Origin: Octopus vulgaris
Lineage: Eukaryota
Assembly (NCBI GenBank): GCA_951406725.2
Contig: OX597827.1
Coordinates: forward strand, 3,038,001 to 3,102,000
Direction of reading: 5' to 3'
DNA: 64,000 bases
Shown here: positions 13,600 through 27,826 of the stretch, piece after piece
How the letters are laid out: the number at the start of each line of letters is the position of its first letter
Position numbering within the stretch: position 1 is the stretch's first letter
Notes under the pieces: model-generated
The model's database searches: none
The model's input: the letters and a program-made list of their open reading frames with translations, nothing else
What the model was told of the DNA's origin: nothing
Program-made: the position numbers and the translations under genes

Positions 13600-16270
13600 G
13601 ATAGAGATGGTCATGGTGGGAACAATGGTTGTGATAGCTGTGGTTGTTCGGATGACGGTTGAGGCTGTTAAGATGGCGGTTGTGGTAGTTGTGATGATGG
13701 TTGCGGTTAGGGTTGTGGTTGTTGTTATGATAGTTGTTGTTTTGACAATGGTTGTTATGGCGACGGTTGTTTTGATGAGGGCTACAGTTGTTACCATGAT
13801 GGTGGTTGTTATGTTAATCGTATGATGACGGCGAGCTGGCAGAAACGTTAGCACGCCGGATGAAATGCTTAGCGGTATTTCGTCTGTCGTTACGTTGTGA
13901 GTTCAAATTCCGCCGAGGTCGACTTTGCCTTTCATCCTTTCGGGGTCGATAAATTAAGTACCAGTTACGCTCTGGGGTCGATATAATCGACTTAATACCT
14001 ATGTCTGTCCTTGTTTGTCTCCTCTATGTTTAGCCCCTTGTGGGTAATAAAGAAATAGGTATGATGACAGTTATTGGCTGTTGTGTTGTTTGTAGTTGTG
14101 ACTGTCACAACTATTACTACAGTACTTTTATGACCATCATTGTTGTGTGGCTATTACTGTAATAGTAACAGATGCAGTGGTGGGTGCTGCAGTGGTGGCT
14201 GCAGTGTTAGCAGTGTTGGGTTTATTATGGTTGTTGTAGTGGTGGTAACAGTCGCAGATATTTCTGTTGTGATTGTAGTAATGGTAGTGTCATTGTGGTT
14301 GTTGTTATGGAGGTAGTGGGGTTGCTATGTCTGTTGTTATGGTTACTTTTGTGGTGGTAACTGTTGTAGATGTACCTGTAGTGGTAGTACTGTTATTTCT
14401 GTTTTTACTGTGGTAGTGGTGGTGGTAGCAGTAGTAGTAGTGGTAGGTTGTTGTGGTTGTGGTAACAGTGCTGTTGTATGGTCAGTTGGTGTGGCTGTTG
14501 TTGCTGTTGTAGTGTAGGGCTAACTGTTCTAGTAGTTCTTGTTGATGGTTTGGTGGTAGTAGTGACATTGCTATGACATGTTGCCTGTTGTTGATTATGA
14601 GATCAAGATCAATTGAGCAGAGCCATAATAGCAAGGAGCTCCACTCATGACCATCCAGCCTTTTTCCCATTATTGGGCACTACATTAGCTAACGCAGTCT
14701 TCTTTATTTAAATTGGTAAAAAAAAATATGATTTGAGGCTGATTTGGTTGCTATTTGGCTGCTCCAGGTCAAGCAACCATCTAGGAGCTCCCTTCTTTCT
14801 GTAGCAGTAGCTGTTGTCGGTGGTGGTGGTGGTGGTAGTAGTAATTATTACTGTAGTAGTTTTGTATTTGTGGGTTTCCAGCCCCTGTAAAACCAACTTA
14901 GCTCCCCAATTTTGCTATGCAGCCTGTTATGGCCGCCATCTTCTTCAAAGCCTTTTTGCTACTGACATGGCTGCTGCTGTATATATTATGATTGCCACTA
15001 CAACTACTACTGCTTGTTGGTGCAGGCATGGCTGAATAGTTAAGACACTCACTTCACAATAACAAGATTACCAGTTCAATCCCACAGCACAGCATTTTGG
15101 GAAAAGCATGTTTTATGCCGTTTATTATATTATATTATATTATATTATAAGTATATAACATTGGGTTGATCCAAGATTTGGTGGCTGGATGAAATTTTGG
15201 GTAGATGGAAATTGCATGGAAGCCTGTTTGGGTAGATTATACATGTAATTTAAAGGTTCAGTTTTGTCGCAAATTGCGTCATGCTGAATCCTACCTGCAA
15301 ATTACATTAACGAGATATGTGTCTTTGAAATACTCAGCCACTTACACACTTATTTAATGAGCTGGTAGTTCAGACAATTAATTAAAACTACTTGAATACT
15401 CAATGTCAAAATGAAGAAAAATCCATTTACCTAGGACTACTACCACCACCACCACCACCACCACCACTACAGCTACTACCATCACCACCACCATCACTAC
15501 TACTGCTGCTGCTGCTGCTGCAACTACAACAACCCCTTCCACACTCCCACAGTCACCCTTGCCACTAGAATCCTATTGCTTCCACTTTCACTTTCTGTCA
15601 CAGATCCCTTATTATTGATGCTGCTGCTGCTGCTGCAAACTACTGCTGCTATCATCATGGTTACCTCCCTTTTTCATCCCCACTCCCTCCCCCCCACCAC
15701 AACCACTTTCTTTTCCTCCCCCTCCTGCTCTCAAAACTACTGTTACTACTTCTGCTACTAAATCAACAACTACTACTACCACCACCACCACCACCACTAC
15801 TACTACTACTACCACCACCACTACAACTACTACTACCACCACCACCACCACTACAACTACTACTACTACCACAACCACCACCACCACCACCACCACTACT
15901 ACTACTACTACTGCTACCACTACTACTACCATCACCACCACCATCATCAACATCACCACTACTACTATTTTTTAGCATTCCTGCTACTACTACTACTGCA
16001 ATGTAGTTAGCAGTCCTCCTTAAAAATTATCTCTATTAAAGATGATAGTGGTGGGAGCGATGGTGGTGGTGGTGGTGGTGGTGGCAGATAGCCATAACTG
16101 CACCTGGAATAATTATCATCAATACCACCAGCCTAATTAGCTTCTAAGCAATCATTTCCAAATTGTTTATCCTTGATCTGACAACAATGACAATTATGAT
16201 GATGCTGATGGTGGTGGTGGTGGTTTGGGTGGTGGAGATGATGGTGGTGGATGTGGTGGAGGTTGTTGTT
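13600..16270. repeat. Degenerate triplet arrays (GTG/GTA/GTT on plus at 13.6-14.6 kb, ACC/ACT at 15.4-16.0 kb)
   Basis: Direct reading. Generates the poly-V, T, G and S ORFs. Confidence 0.9.
13828..14058 (+). mobile_element. tRNA-derived SINE family B (tail type 1), near-consensus
   Basis: GGCGAGCTGGCAGAAACGTTAG (A box)...GAGTTCAAATTCC (B box), body GCCTTTCATCCTTTCGGGGTCGATAAATTAAGTACCAG, tail TTTAGCCCCTTGTGGG..AAAGAAATAG. Apparent TSD GTATGATGAC. Confidence 0.88.
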
Positions 16271-16399
16271 TATTTTGCTGAGGAGGAAAATCTCCCTCAT
16301 TCTGCCTCTCCATACTTACTACAGTTGTAGTAGTTTCCAGTGTGTCCCAACAATTGTAGTAATCCTTTAACTGGGAGCCCATCCCACCACAAATCCAAT

Positions 16400-16706
16400 C
16401 ATCTATCTATCTCTCCCTCTCTCTCTCTATATATATATATACAGAGAGAGAGAGAGAGAGAGAGAGACATGAATAGATAGATATATTGATATAGATAGAT
16501 AGATATCATTACCATCATTACAATATATATATTGTATAATATATACAATATATATATATATATATACATTCAATATATAGAATATATATATATATATATA
16601 TATATACACGTGTATATATATATACATACAATATATAGAATATATATATATATACGTGTATATATATATATGTGTATATATATATACACATGTATATATA
16701 TATACG

Positions 16707-16757
<51 letters not shown>

Positions 16758-16924
16758 ATATATATATATACGTATATATATATATATGTACATGTTTATA
16801 TATGTATATACACGTGTATATATATATGTGTATATATATATATATATATATACATGTTTATATATGTATATACACGTGTATATATATATATACATGTTTA
16901 TATATGTATATACACGTGTATATA

Positions 16925-16956
<32 letters not shown>

Positions 16957-17264
16957 CATGCATATATATATGATATACGTATATATATGTATATATATAA
17001 ACGTATATATATATGCATATATATTGTATATATATGTATATGTATATATATGTATATATATGTATATGTATATATATGTATATATATGTATATGTATATA
17101 TATGTATATATATGTATATATACATATATGTATATATATACATATATGTATATGTATATATATTTGTATATATGTATGTATATTTGTATATATGTACATA
17201 TATATGTATATATTTGTATATATATATATATATATATGCATATATTTGTATATATATATATATA

Positions 17265-17319
<55 letters not shown>

Positions 17320-17620
17320 CACACACACACATCATCATATGTGTGTGTATTCATTTTTATGCCAAGTTATAGAGTTTAAAATTAAACTGAAGAATTATTC
17401 AATATTTTTTGTAGAGTACACATTTATTATATTTTTACAGGAACAGAAACAGTGACTTTGAAGTTTTGACCTGCTACACACACACATATATACATATACA
17501 CATACACATATATATATACACATATATATATACACATATATATATATACATATATATATACACATCTATATACACACACATGCAAACATATATACACACA
17601 TTTAAATGCACACACATATA
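16400..17620. repeat. Compound (TA)n/(GA)n/(CA)n microsatellite with higher-order units
   Basis: CATGTTTATATATGTATATACACGTG repeated three times at about 16791, 16853 and 16893. Confidence 0.95.
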
Positions 17621-18969
17621 TATTCGTCTATATCTTTCTTTTCGTTTGTCTATGTATATGATATATGGGTTCATGTGTGTGTGTGTATCCATCAGTTTGT
17701 TCATGAGTCCAACAAGGTATTCATCAAAGCATCAGTCCTCCCAAACAGCTTATCTATTAACCCAGCCAGTCATCTCCAAAAAACCTATCCACCTTTGCAT
17801 TCAAACATCTAACAACCGTTGAAGCCACCCTTTTCATCAAACCTTCCATTTATCACCAAACTCAGTCTTTACTCAATCCGTTAATCTGTCTGACTGTCAA
17901 TCTATTCTTGCACCAAACCATTCATCCAATTCTCCTTCAAACCATTTGACTATTCAACACACCCATCCGGGACTGTTTACCTGGTCATTTGAACTCCAGG
18001 AAACAGGTGAAAAATATCTCTCAAAAAAACAAAAAAACACACAGCAAAGTCTTAAGTAAGGAAACAACATATTAGATATTGTAGTTCTAAAAACAAACCT
18101 TATAAAGACAGGGTGGTCACAGTTGGAGTACCTTTGATTGATCATAGATCTATTTAGGACAGAGTTAGTGTGGGAGGGGTGAAGAACTTCTGCATCCATC
18201 TATTATATATCCATTCATCCAGTTTACATCTATCTGTCTGTCTGTTTGTCTATCTACCTACCTATCTACCTGTTTATCTATTAATTTATTCATTCAATTA
18301 TTTATTTTTCTTCATCCATCCATCCATTTCACTGTCATCCGTCCATCCAGCCAGCCAGCCAGCCAGTCTTCTATATACTTCTCTACTCATCCATTCATCT
18401 ACCTACCCACCTATCCATCACTCTATCCACCCTTCATCTATTTGTGAATGAATCCTGTTACTCAAAATCTTACAAACACAACCAGCCAACCAGCCAGCCA
18501 GCCAACCAGCCGACTGACAGAGAAACCTTCACTGTTTATTATCTTTGAATTATGCTAATTTTATTCCACCATAATCCTTACTGTGTGCAAGTAAGCACAG
18601 TTGTTTACATTTCTCTCTGTCACATTCCTGCTGCTTCTTAAAGTGGGGGATTTCACCAATTCACTTACACGACCAGGAAACAGTGGTCACTCAAACTGCA
18701 AGAAATAGCAAACAAATCAATCTCTTATCCAAACATCACCACTATCATAAATATGGAGGGACACCTTGTGTGATATTGTGTAATGCTATATCTTCTGAAA
18801 AGACAGGATGGTCATGACAGGAATGTTTATGAATGAACATTGATTACTTCAATGAGAACTGACTCGGGGCTAATCAGCCATCCCCTGTATATCATCATCT
18901 GAAATCCAGATACAAACTGCTGTCCTTGAAAGCCCGTAGTTTATGCAACAAGGGGCATCTTTTTGACTC

Positions 18970-20320
18970 TTACGTCAAAAGTATCAACCAAGATTTATTC
19001 CTAACTCCAGCTGCTGTAATCAACTCATCGAGTTTCTTGAGGACGTTACCCAAATCACTGATCACGGATCCTGGGTGGATGTTGTTTACCTGGACTTTGC
19101 TAAGGCTTTTAACTCTGTGCAACACAAAAGACTTATGGTGAAGCTCTCTGCATTGGGTGTAAGAGACGAACTCTATAACTGGTTGAAGTCCTTTATTTTC
19201 GGCCGAAAAGAGGTTGTCACAGTTCTAGGACAGCACTCTTCGCCCTATGAGATGACATCTGGTGTACCACAGGGATCTGTTCTTGGCCCCCTTTTATTTG
19301 TTGCATATGTTAATGACATAGATGCCAACTTAAAGAATGCCACAGTGCTGAAATATGCAGATGACATCAAGCTGTACCTCGAAATAAAGAGGTCAGATCC
19401 TGTACACTATAAATCTCTATTGCAAGCAGACTTGGACACAATGTAGCAGTGGATCATGGACTGGCAACTCAAGCTGGCTGTGGAAAAATGTACCACCATG
19501 TATTTTGGGAAGAGAAACCCAGCGTCCACCTACTGCCTCCACAACACTAATCTCAAAAAGTCTTTGTGTGAACGTGACCTGGGTGTTACTGTCAACAGTG
19601 ATTTGCGTTGGACAAAACACATCGCTAAAATTGTCAAAAAGGCTGAGGGTGTCTTGGCATCACTCACCAAGTCCTTTGGGAGCCGCTCTCCGACTATCTA
19701 TCTGCGGCTTTATATAGCTATGGTAAGACCTCACCTGGAATTTGCATCACCAGTCTGGAACCCCTATCTTGCCCAGGATATCAATTGTCTGGAAGCCATT
19801 CAGCGATGTGCAACCAAAAGAATACCCTCCATCAGGCATTTGCCATATTCTGAACGCCTTACTTCTCTGGACACATTGAAACTCCGACATCTGGCAGCTG
19901 ACTTGGCAGACACCCATAAAATTATCAACCATCTTACAAACAATAACTCTGAGCACCTTTTCGAACTCCACCCGTCTAACACCCGTGGACATGTTTACAA
20001 AGTCAGAAAACAGCACAGCTCTCATGACTTTAGGAAACATTTTTTCACGCTGAGAGTTGCTGAAGTATGGAACAAACTGCCGGCATCAGTTGTTAGTTGT
20101 CGGAGCACTGCATCCTTCAAAACTTCCATGCTTCCTGAGATTCGCCAACACTACACTTGATTTTCTCCCCTCCATACACACGCAAGCATGTATCTGACTC
20201 ATACATTGTTCGCTTTCCAGACATTTGTACATTACTGCATATACTTTATACGCACTTTCTGACAAGTTGTGGTGCACCTGAGCACTGTATACAATCATTT
20301 CATTATTATTGTTATTATTA
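18970..20320 (+). mobile_element. 5'-truncated CR1-clade LINE: RT domain with one in-frame stop, plus 3' UTR and (TTA)n tail
   Basis: ORFs 19075-19446 and 19456-20160 are in the same frame: VYLDFAKAF, GVPQGSVLGPLLF, YADD, ERDLGV, VRPHLEFASPVWNP, FFTLRVAEVWNKLP. TAG at 19444-19446. 3' UTR ends GTGCACCTGAGCACTGTATACAAT(att)n. Confidence 0.92.
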
Positions 20321-20362
20321 ACAACAAATTCACAGCCAGCCCCTTGTCACTCATAACATTCA

Positions 20363-21445
20363 TTGGCAGAATTGTTAGCATGCAGGGCAAATTGCTCAAT
20401 GACATTTTGTCTATCTTTATGTTCTGAGTTCAAATTCCGTTAAGGTCAACCTTGTCTTTCGTTCTTTTGGGGGTGGATGAAATAAGTATCAGTTATGCAT
20501 TGGGGGTCGATGTAATTGACTAGTCTCCTCCCACAAAATATCAGGCCTTGTGCTTTTAGTAGAAAAGATTATTATTATTATTATTGCTGCTATTGTTGTT
20601 GTTTGGGAAGCTGGTATGCTGGGTGAAATGCTTAGCAGCATTTTGTCTGTCCTTACATTCTGAGTTCAAATTCTGGCAAGATTGATTTTGCCTGGGGTCA
20701 ATGTAATCAACTACGCCCTACCCCAAAATTTCAGGCCATGTGCCTGTAGTAGAAATAATAATAATTATTATTATTATTATTTGGTGAGCTAGCAGAATCA
20801 TTACCACACCAGACAAAATGCTGTGTGACATTTCTTCCAGTTTTACATTCCAAGTTCTAATTCTGCTGAGTTATACTTTGTCTTTCATTCTTTCAGGGTT
20901 GATAAATGAAGTACCAGTTGAGCACTGGGTTCCATGTAATTGACTTATCCCCTTCCTGAAACTTGCTGGCCTAGTGCCAAAATTTGAAACCATTATTATT
21001 ATTATTATTATTATTATTTAAAGTAGTAAGCTGGCAGAATTATTAGCATGCTGAGTAAAATGCTTAGTGGCATATTTTTCATCTTTAAAGTCTGAACACA
21101 AATTCTGCCAAGGTAAACTTTGCCTTTCATCCTTTAAGTACCAGTTAAGCACTGGAGTCAATGTCATCTGTTAAAATTCTCCCCTAAAATATGTTGGGTC
21201 TTGCACCTATAGGAGAAAATGTTATTAAGAGGGCAGTGACCTGCCACAACCAGCACTTCAGGCGAAATGCTTGGTAGTATTTCTGCCTCATTACATTCTG
21301 AGTTCAAATTCCACCAAGGTTGACTTTGCCTTTCATCCTTTTGGGGTCAATAAATTAAGTACCAGTGAAGCTCTGGGGTTGATGTAATTGACAAGTCTCC
21401 TCCCAACAAATTTCAGGCTGTGTACCTTTAGCAGAAAGGTTTATT
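20363..21445 (+). mobile_element. Head-to-tail array of about 5 SINE B (tail type 2) copies separated by (TTA)n
   Basis: Repeated GGCAGAAT..TTAGCA / GAGTTCAAATTC / CTTTCATCC / AGTACCAG / CAGGCCTTGTGCC..AGTAGAAAG(att)n units starting at about 20363, 20605, 20782, 21020 and 21230. Confidence 0.8.
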
Positions 21446-21826
21446 ATTATCATTATTATTATTTTATTTTATTTTTTTTTTGAACTGTATATAGTAATGT
21501 TTTTTGCTTTTCAGAGACTGATTTTAATTAGCTTTTGTTATTTTCTGAGTGATATTAGTCCATGTTAAATCTGCATCATTTCAAAAAGAAGAAGAAAATT
21601 TATATCTTTTTCTGATTAAATTTTTATTGATTTATTCAGAAATAAAAAGTCCCTTGTGAAGAGATAGCAGAATAAAGATGGTAGAGACTGGAAGCTTTAA
21701 CAGTATGATGGGGATAATGTGTGTTTTGTCACTGATCTAGAATTACAAAATTTTAGTGATAAATACTAGCAACATGTAACAAAATATAATAAACATATCA
21801 TCATTAAAATATGAGTGTGTACATGC

Positions 21827-21866
<40 letters not shown>

Positions 21867-22098
21867 CTATTCATTTTGAGCAGGTGTCTTCAACTCTAGC
21901 CTCAGGCAGACCAATATCTTTTGCTTGAATTTGGTAGGCAGGAACTAAAAGTCCGTCTTGTGTGAAAGTGCTCATGACCTTTTGATGGGGTGCAGGTATA
22001 CAAATATATATATAAATATATCATAATATGTACATTATGTATATATATGTTAAAGTGTTTGTGTGTATTAAGCATGCATATATGTATGTACATATACA

Positions 22099-22151
<53 letters not shown>

Positions 22152-22375
22152 CTATAAATATATATAATCAGTATTCATATATCCAAAAGCACAGTAATAT
22201 ATATTTCTTAGGAAGTTAAAAGTTAAGATCAGCCAAAGAGTGAACATTGCTTTCACACCTATAAAGCACTTAGCAGTATGGGTGCAAAACCAACGGTCAC
22301 TCTATGATGGGCCCTAACTTTTAACTTACTAAAATATATATATATATATATATATATGTGCATATGCAAACATAC

Positions 22376-22442
<67 letters not shown>

Positions 22443-22789
22443 ACAAGAGAGAGATACATATATACAGAGACACACTCAAAATCTGTATACAAATAAACAT
22501 GTATGTGTGTGTGTATATATATATATAATTAAAATCCTGGTCGCTTACGTTCATAGCATGCTAAATTCTTCTCAAGAACAATTCTTAGTGGTTCAGACCC
22601 ATGCGGATCTATTTTTAGCGTTAGAGCTTCCACATAGTGGATTTTCTCTCATATTTGTGTGTGTATATATATATATATAGACTCACAAATATACATACAA
22701 ATGCATGCAACATATACACATACAAATACACACATGACCCCCTGATGCACGTATTCATGCATCTTAACAGAATTATATTGATATGCAAA

Positions 22790-22885
22790 TCGTTTATATA
22801 TAGCTGTGCCACACCTAAGCATTGTTGTGCACCTGAGCACTGCATACAATAAGCTTATTATTATCATTATTATCATTATTATTGA
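22790..22885 (+). mobile_element. 3' UTR end of a related CR1 copy
   Basis: TTGTGCACCTGAGCACTGCATACAATAA(tta)n matches the 3' terminus at 20270-20320. Confidence 0.6.
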
Positions 22886-23283
22886 TAGAAATTACTTTGT
22901 TATCATTTTCACTGTTTACACACATTTATTTATGTAGCCCTTCATTGTATTGTCCTATACTGTCCGTGATGTTTTTGAGAACCCTTAATATTAAATAAAG
23001 AATGCATGATTATTATTATTATTATTATTATTATTATTGAGGGAGTGAGCTGACAGAATCATTAGCATGCTGGCCAAAATGCTTAGCAGCTGAGGTTGAT
23101 GGAAGCAACTTACCCCTCCCCTTAAATTGCCGGCCTTGTATCAAAATTTGAAGCCATTCTTTCATCTTCACATTCTGAGTTCAAATTCCACTTTGCCTTA
23201 AAATTTAACAAAACTGCCCGACAAACGGAAACGTGAAACTCCGATTAACAGCTTTTGTTATATTTCTGTTGCTTTTAAATAAA

Positions 23284-23328
<45 letters not shown>

Positions 23329-23883
23329 AACACACACACGATGGGCTTCTTTCAGTTTCTGTCTACAAAATCCACTTGCCCATGGTACCATGCAGTAGGA
23401 CTGAACCCAGAACCATATCATTGAGAAGCAAGCTTCTTACCACACAGCTACTCCTGCACCTATAAAAAATTACATGCCCCAAGAAAAGCACATTTTTGAT
23501 TGATGACTACACCATTCATTACCAATCATTCCTCTTGAGCTACCATATTTAGACATAGGGAAATGGATACAAAATACCAATTAGACCAATATATCTGGAA
23601 ATTTAAGCTAACACAATGTTATCAAGGCAACCCCAAAAACTCTAAATTAAAAATGTGATTTTTCCCCATTCATATCATCATATACACCAGATTCCTTGAA
23701 ATTTCTCTTAAGCCATAATTGGATTTACTTACCATACACAAAAAATTACCTAAGAAGTTAATTCTATTTAAATTCATTAGTGTCTGACTGCTTGATAAAT
23801 TTAACCGAGTTCACTTAATACTGAGGGTTTTCTAGAAATCTGCCTGGATTTATTAATCCCTTTAACCTTTTGTCATATATATA

Positions 23884-23989
<106 letters not shown>

Positions 23990-24003
23990 CACACGCACAC
24001 ACA

Positions 24004-24373
24004 CGCGCAGAAGTGGCTGTGTGGTAAGTAGCTTGCTTACCAACTACATGGTTCTGGGTTCCTTCCCACTGTGTGGCACCTTGGGCAAGTGTCTTCTACT
24101 ATAGCCTCAGGCCGACCAAAGCCTTGAGTGGATTTGGTAGATGGAAAATGAATGAAAGAAACCCGTCATATGTATGTGTGTCTGTGTTTGTCCCCCCAAA
24201 ATCACTTGACAACAGATGCTGGTATGTTTACGTCCATGTAACTTAGCGGTTTGGCGAAAGGAATCGATAGAATACGTACTAAGCTTACAAAGAATAAGTC
24301 CTGGGGTCGATTTGCTTGACTAAAGGCGGTGCTCCAGCATGGCCTCAGTCAGATAACTGAAACAAGTAAAAGA

Positions 24374-24375
<2 letters not shown>
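24004..24375 (+). mobile_element. SINE family A
   Basis: Colinear with 26653-27058. Confidence 0.85.
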
Positions 24376-24414
<39 letters not shown>

Positions 24415-24745
24415 CACATATATATATATATATATACCTATTCACAATGATGGACTTTCCTGTTGAAGATGATGTATCAGCGTTCAGCTTTTGCCGAATG
24501 ACCTGCACAACTGATTTGTTTATAGAGATCAAATGTTCATGCCACACATTAGCTCACTCCCTCCATCAAATCGACTTTGTCTCAACAGGTGTACTGTGTA
24601 CCATGCGTCAGGTGTCAAAGTGATCACAGAGCAACATGAGACGAAGTGTTTTACTCAAAAACAAAATATGTCACTCAGTCTAGGAATTGAAATCACAATT
24701 GCTGAATCATGGGTGCAACACCCTAACCACTTGGACATGCACCCT

Positions 24746-24785
<40 letters not shown>

Positions 24786-25469
24786 ATTTCAATGAGAAAT
24801 CTTTCTTGAATGAGTGATAGCAAATGCTATATCTTCCTTCATGCTAAACATCTCTTTAGATTTCAGTTGAGATTAAATGATGGATATTAATTGTATAAAC
24901 ATATACGTCCATTATGGAAACTTATAAACAATGATTATTTAGATAAACCCTTTCAAATGCATGCACACACACACACACACACACTGCTTTTCTACTGTTT
25001 TCAATAGCTAAACTTCACTGACAACTTATTGGTTACCTCAATAAGTAAATGTCTTCTCCATTAAAGTCCTGTAGATTGGGAATGAAATCAGAAATACACC
25101 ATGGCAGGGCAAACTTTTAATCAAGCACTATGACTACCCCTATAGATATGTATGTGTGTACATACATGCAAATATACAGAGCAATGAACACACAGGTTAG
25201 ATACATACATACATGCATACATATATACACATTATATAAAGTATTATTGATTCACCAATATCTATATGGATATATGGATCTATACATAATAAGGTAAACA
25301 GCTGTTTTAATGGAGATATCATTTCACGAATATTTATGGATATTTTGATCTTTCTAGAGTAACAAAAGAAAAGTTATTCTATTTATATAGCTTTCTTTAC
25401 TGATATATAGAAGTTGAATGCAGGATCTTATGTTCATATATGTAGAAAACAGTCCATACACTACACTTG

Positions 25470-25525
<56 letters not shown>

Positions 25526-26652
25526 ATGTATGTATGTCTGCTTGTGTAAATACATTTATATGAACATACTTGTATAAATGGTTTTGCATGTATATGTGTG
25601 TATAAATATGTATGTGTGTGTGTGCATATAAAAAATATATATGTATGCATGTATATATAAATTATATTTATATGTATATACTTGGGTATACACATATATG
25701 TATAGCTTAATGTGGGTAGAGCTTCTGAAAAAGACATTGGGTAGATACAAGTGTGTATATAAAATAATTTCATTTGGGTATTAATCTTGGAATTTACCCT
25801 AGTAAGCTCATCCAGGTGTTCAAGCTATCAGACTGATGGTAATCCATATATGTTTGTTATATCAAGCACATGCCTGAAAATCATGATGCCTCCAGCAGGC
25901 AAAAAGAGGATGACACTCACCTCTCCCCCCCCTACACTTCCCCTCTTGTACTTCCTCTTTCGGTCTGCCTCTTGACCATTGACGTCATGACCCTCTTCTT
26001 CTAGCTCATCCCCCCCTCCCCACCTGATCTCAAAGATCACTTCCTCACTTCATGTCAAAATCTACCACTCACCCAGGTGGGTGCCTTGCACATTGTGATC
26101 TTCTTAAGCTGGTCAGCCCCTTGACCATTGATGCCATGACTCTCTTCTTTTGGCTCATCCCCACAGATGGGAACTTCAAACATCCACTTTTCTATGCTTG
26201 CATGAGTTAGACAAAATTTTGTTGAGGTGAATTTTCTACAGCTGGATGTCCTTCCTGTTGCAAACCCTCACTCGTTTCCAAGTAAGCAAATAATTCCACA
26301 CAGACCATCCATGAAGAAAGGACACCACTTGCATGGTGGTAGCATTCATTTACAACTATTACGAGTTGTCAAGGCAAAGGACAGTAACACACACAGTAAA
26401 ACACACACACAACAAGCTTCTTTCAGTTTCCATCAATGAAATCCATTCACAAGGATTTAGTCAGCCAAGGGCTATAATAGAAAGCACTTGCCCAAGGTAA
26501 CATACAGTAGGGCTGAACCTGGAACCATGTATTTGGAAAGCAAACTTCTTGCTACACAGCCAAACCTGTTCCTTTGCATGTGTGTGTGTGTGTGTGATAT
26601 AAAATAATGAAATATAAAAGGATGTAAGATGAGAAAAAATAAGTGGTCCATA

Positions 26653-27058
26653 TAGGCGCAGGAGTGGCTGTGTGGTAAGTAGATTGTTTACCAACCACAT
26701 GGTTCCGGGTTCAGTCTCACTGCGTGGCATCTTGGGCAAGTGTCTCCTACTATAGCCTCGGGCCGACCAAAGCCTTGTGAGTGGATTTGGTAGACGGAAA
26801 CTGAAAGAAGCCCGTCGTATATATGTATATATATGCGTGTGTGTGTTTGTGTGTCTGTGTTTGTCCCCCCTAGCATTGCTTGACAATCGATGCTGGTGTG
26901 TTTATGTTCCCGTTACTTTGCGGTTCGGCAAAAGAGACCGATAGAATAAGTACTGGGTTTACAAAAGAATAAGTCCCGGGGTCGAGTTGCTCGATTAAAG
27001 GCGGTGCTCCAGCATGGCCGCAGTCAAATGACTGAAACAAGTAAAAGAGTAAAAGAGT
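26653..27058 (+). mobile_element. tRNA-derived SINE family A (CORE-like), near-consensus full copy
   Basis: Head AGGCGCAGGAGTGGCTGTGTGG (A box)...GGTTCAGTC (B box), CTTGGGCAAGTG core-like motif, internal (TA/TG)n, tail GACTGAAACAAGTAAAAGAG repeats. More than 15 copies in the window. Confidence 0.9.
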
Positions 27059-27544
27059 ATCCCCCAAATATTTAGAATATGCTACTTCAAAAACGAAAAG
27101 AGCAAAGGCAGGGTAATCATAGGGTTCTCCTCTATATTGTAGCATTATGGCAGTGAACAATGAGAAATCTTCTTGGAAGAAATATTCTTACAAGTTTCAC
27201 CAATATCAGTCTGTTTGAATTTATAGACCACTTCATTGCTTAGTTATGGTTACTTTAGCGAAAGCAGTTTTGAGGTTATTAAGTGCAATGTTTGAATTAT
27301 ATCGACTAATTGGTTTAGGTTGTTGTTGTGCAAGTAAGGTGGGCCAAGACATTTGTAGTTGGCTTTAAATATAGTAATCTGCTTTATCTTATTCTATAAG
27401 CCATTTTCATGTTTTCTGTAATTGAAGTGTATATATATATATATATACAATATAATAATGTAATAAATAAAATATATGCATACATACATATATGTACCTA
27501 CCTACATCTACATGTATATATACATGCATATATAAATATATGTG

Positions 27545-27826
27545 AGTACAGGACACCACAAATAGACATAGAACTCAAGGAGAAACGAAAACATAAAAAC
27601 AAGGGAACGGACTTTTTTTAACAACGAAAAAACAGGACAAACAACACACGGAACATTCCCCTTCATCAGCTGTCCCCGGTTCGACTCCATGCGTGTTTCA
27701 ACGGTAAGGACAGGACACGCTTGTCGGACCGATCCTTCCTGCGAGGGAATTAAATAAAATTCCCTTGCAGAGGGGTAAAAACAAGGAAAGAAAAAAATGT
27801 GACAAGAACAGGACGTTCCCAGTATG

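Noticed and set aside
13517-15978. Poly-Val/Thr/Gly/Ser ORFs resembling mucins or membrane proteins
   Set aside because: Degenerate triplet microsatellites with no splice or domain support; some ORF ends are SINE-derived.
16427-17455. 100-300 aa ORFs
   Set aside because: Same dinucleotide-repeat artefact.
19075-20160. Functional or domesticated reverse transcriptase
   Set aside because: 5'-truncated, no endonuclease domain, in-frame TAG; an ordinary dead CR1 copy.
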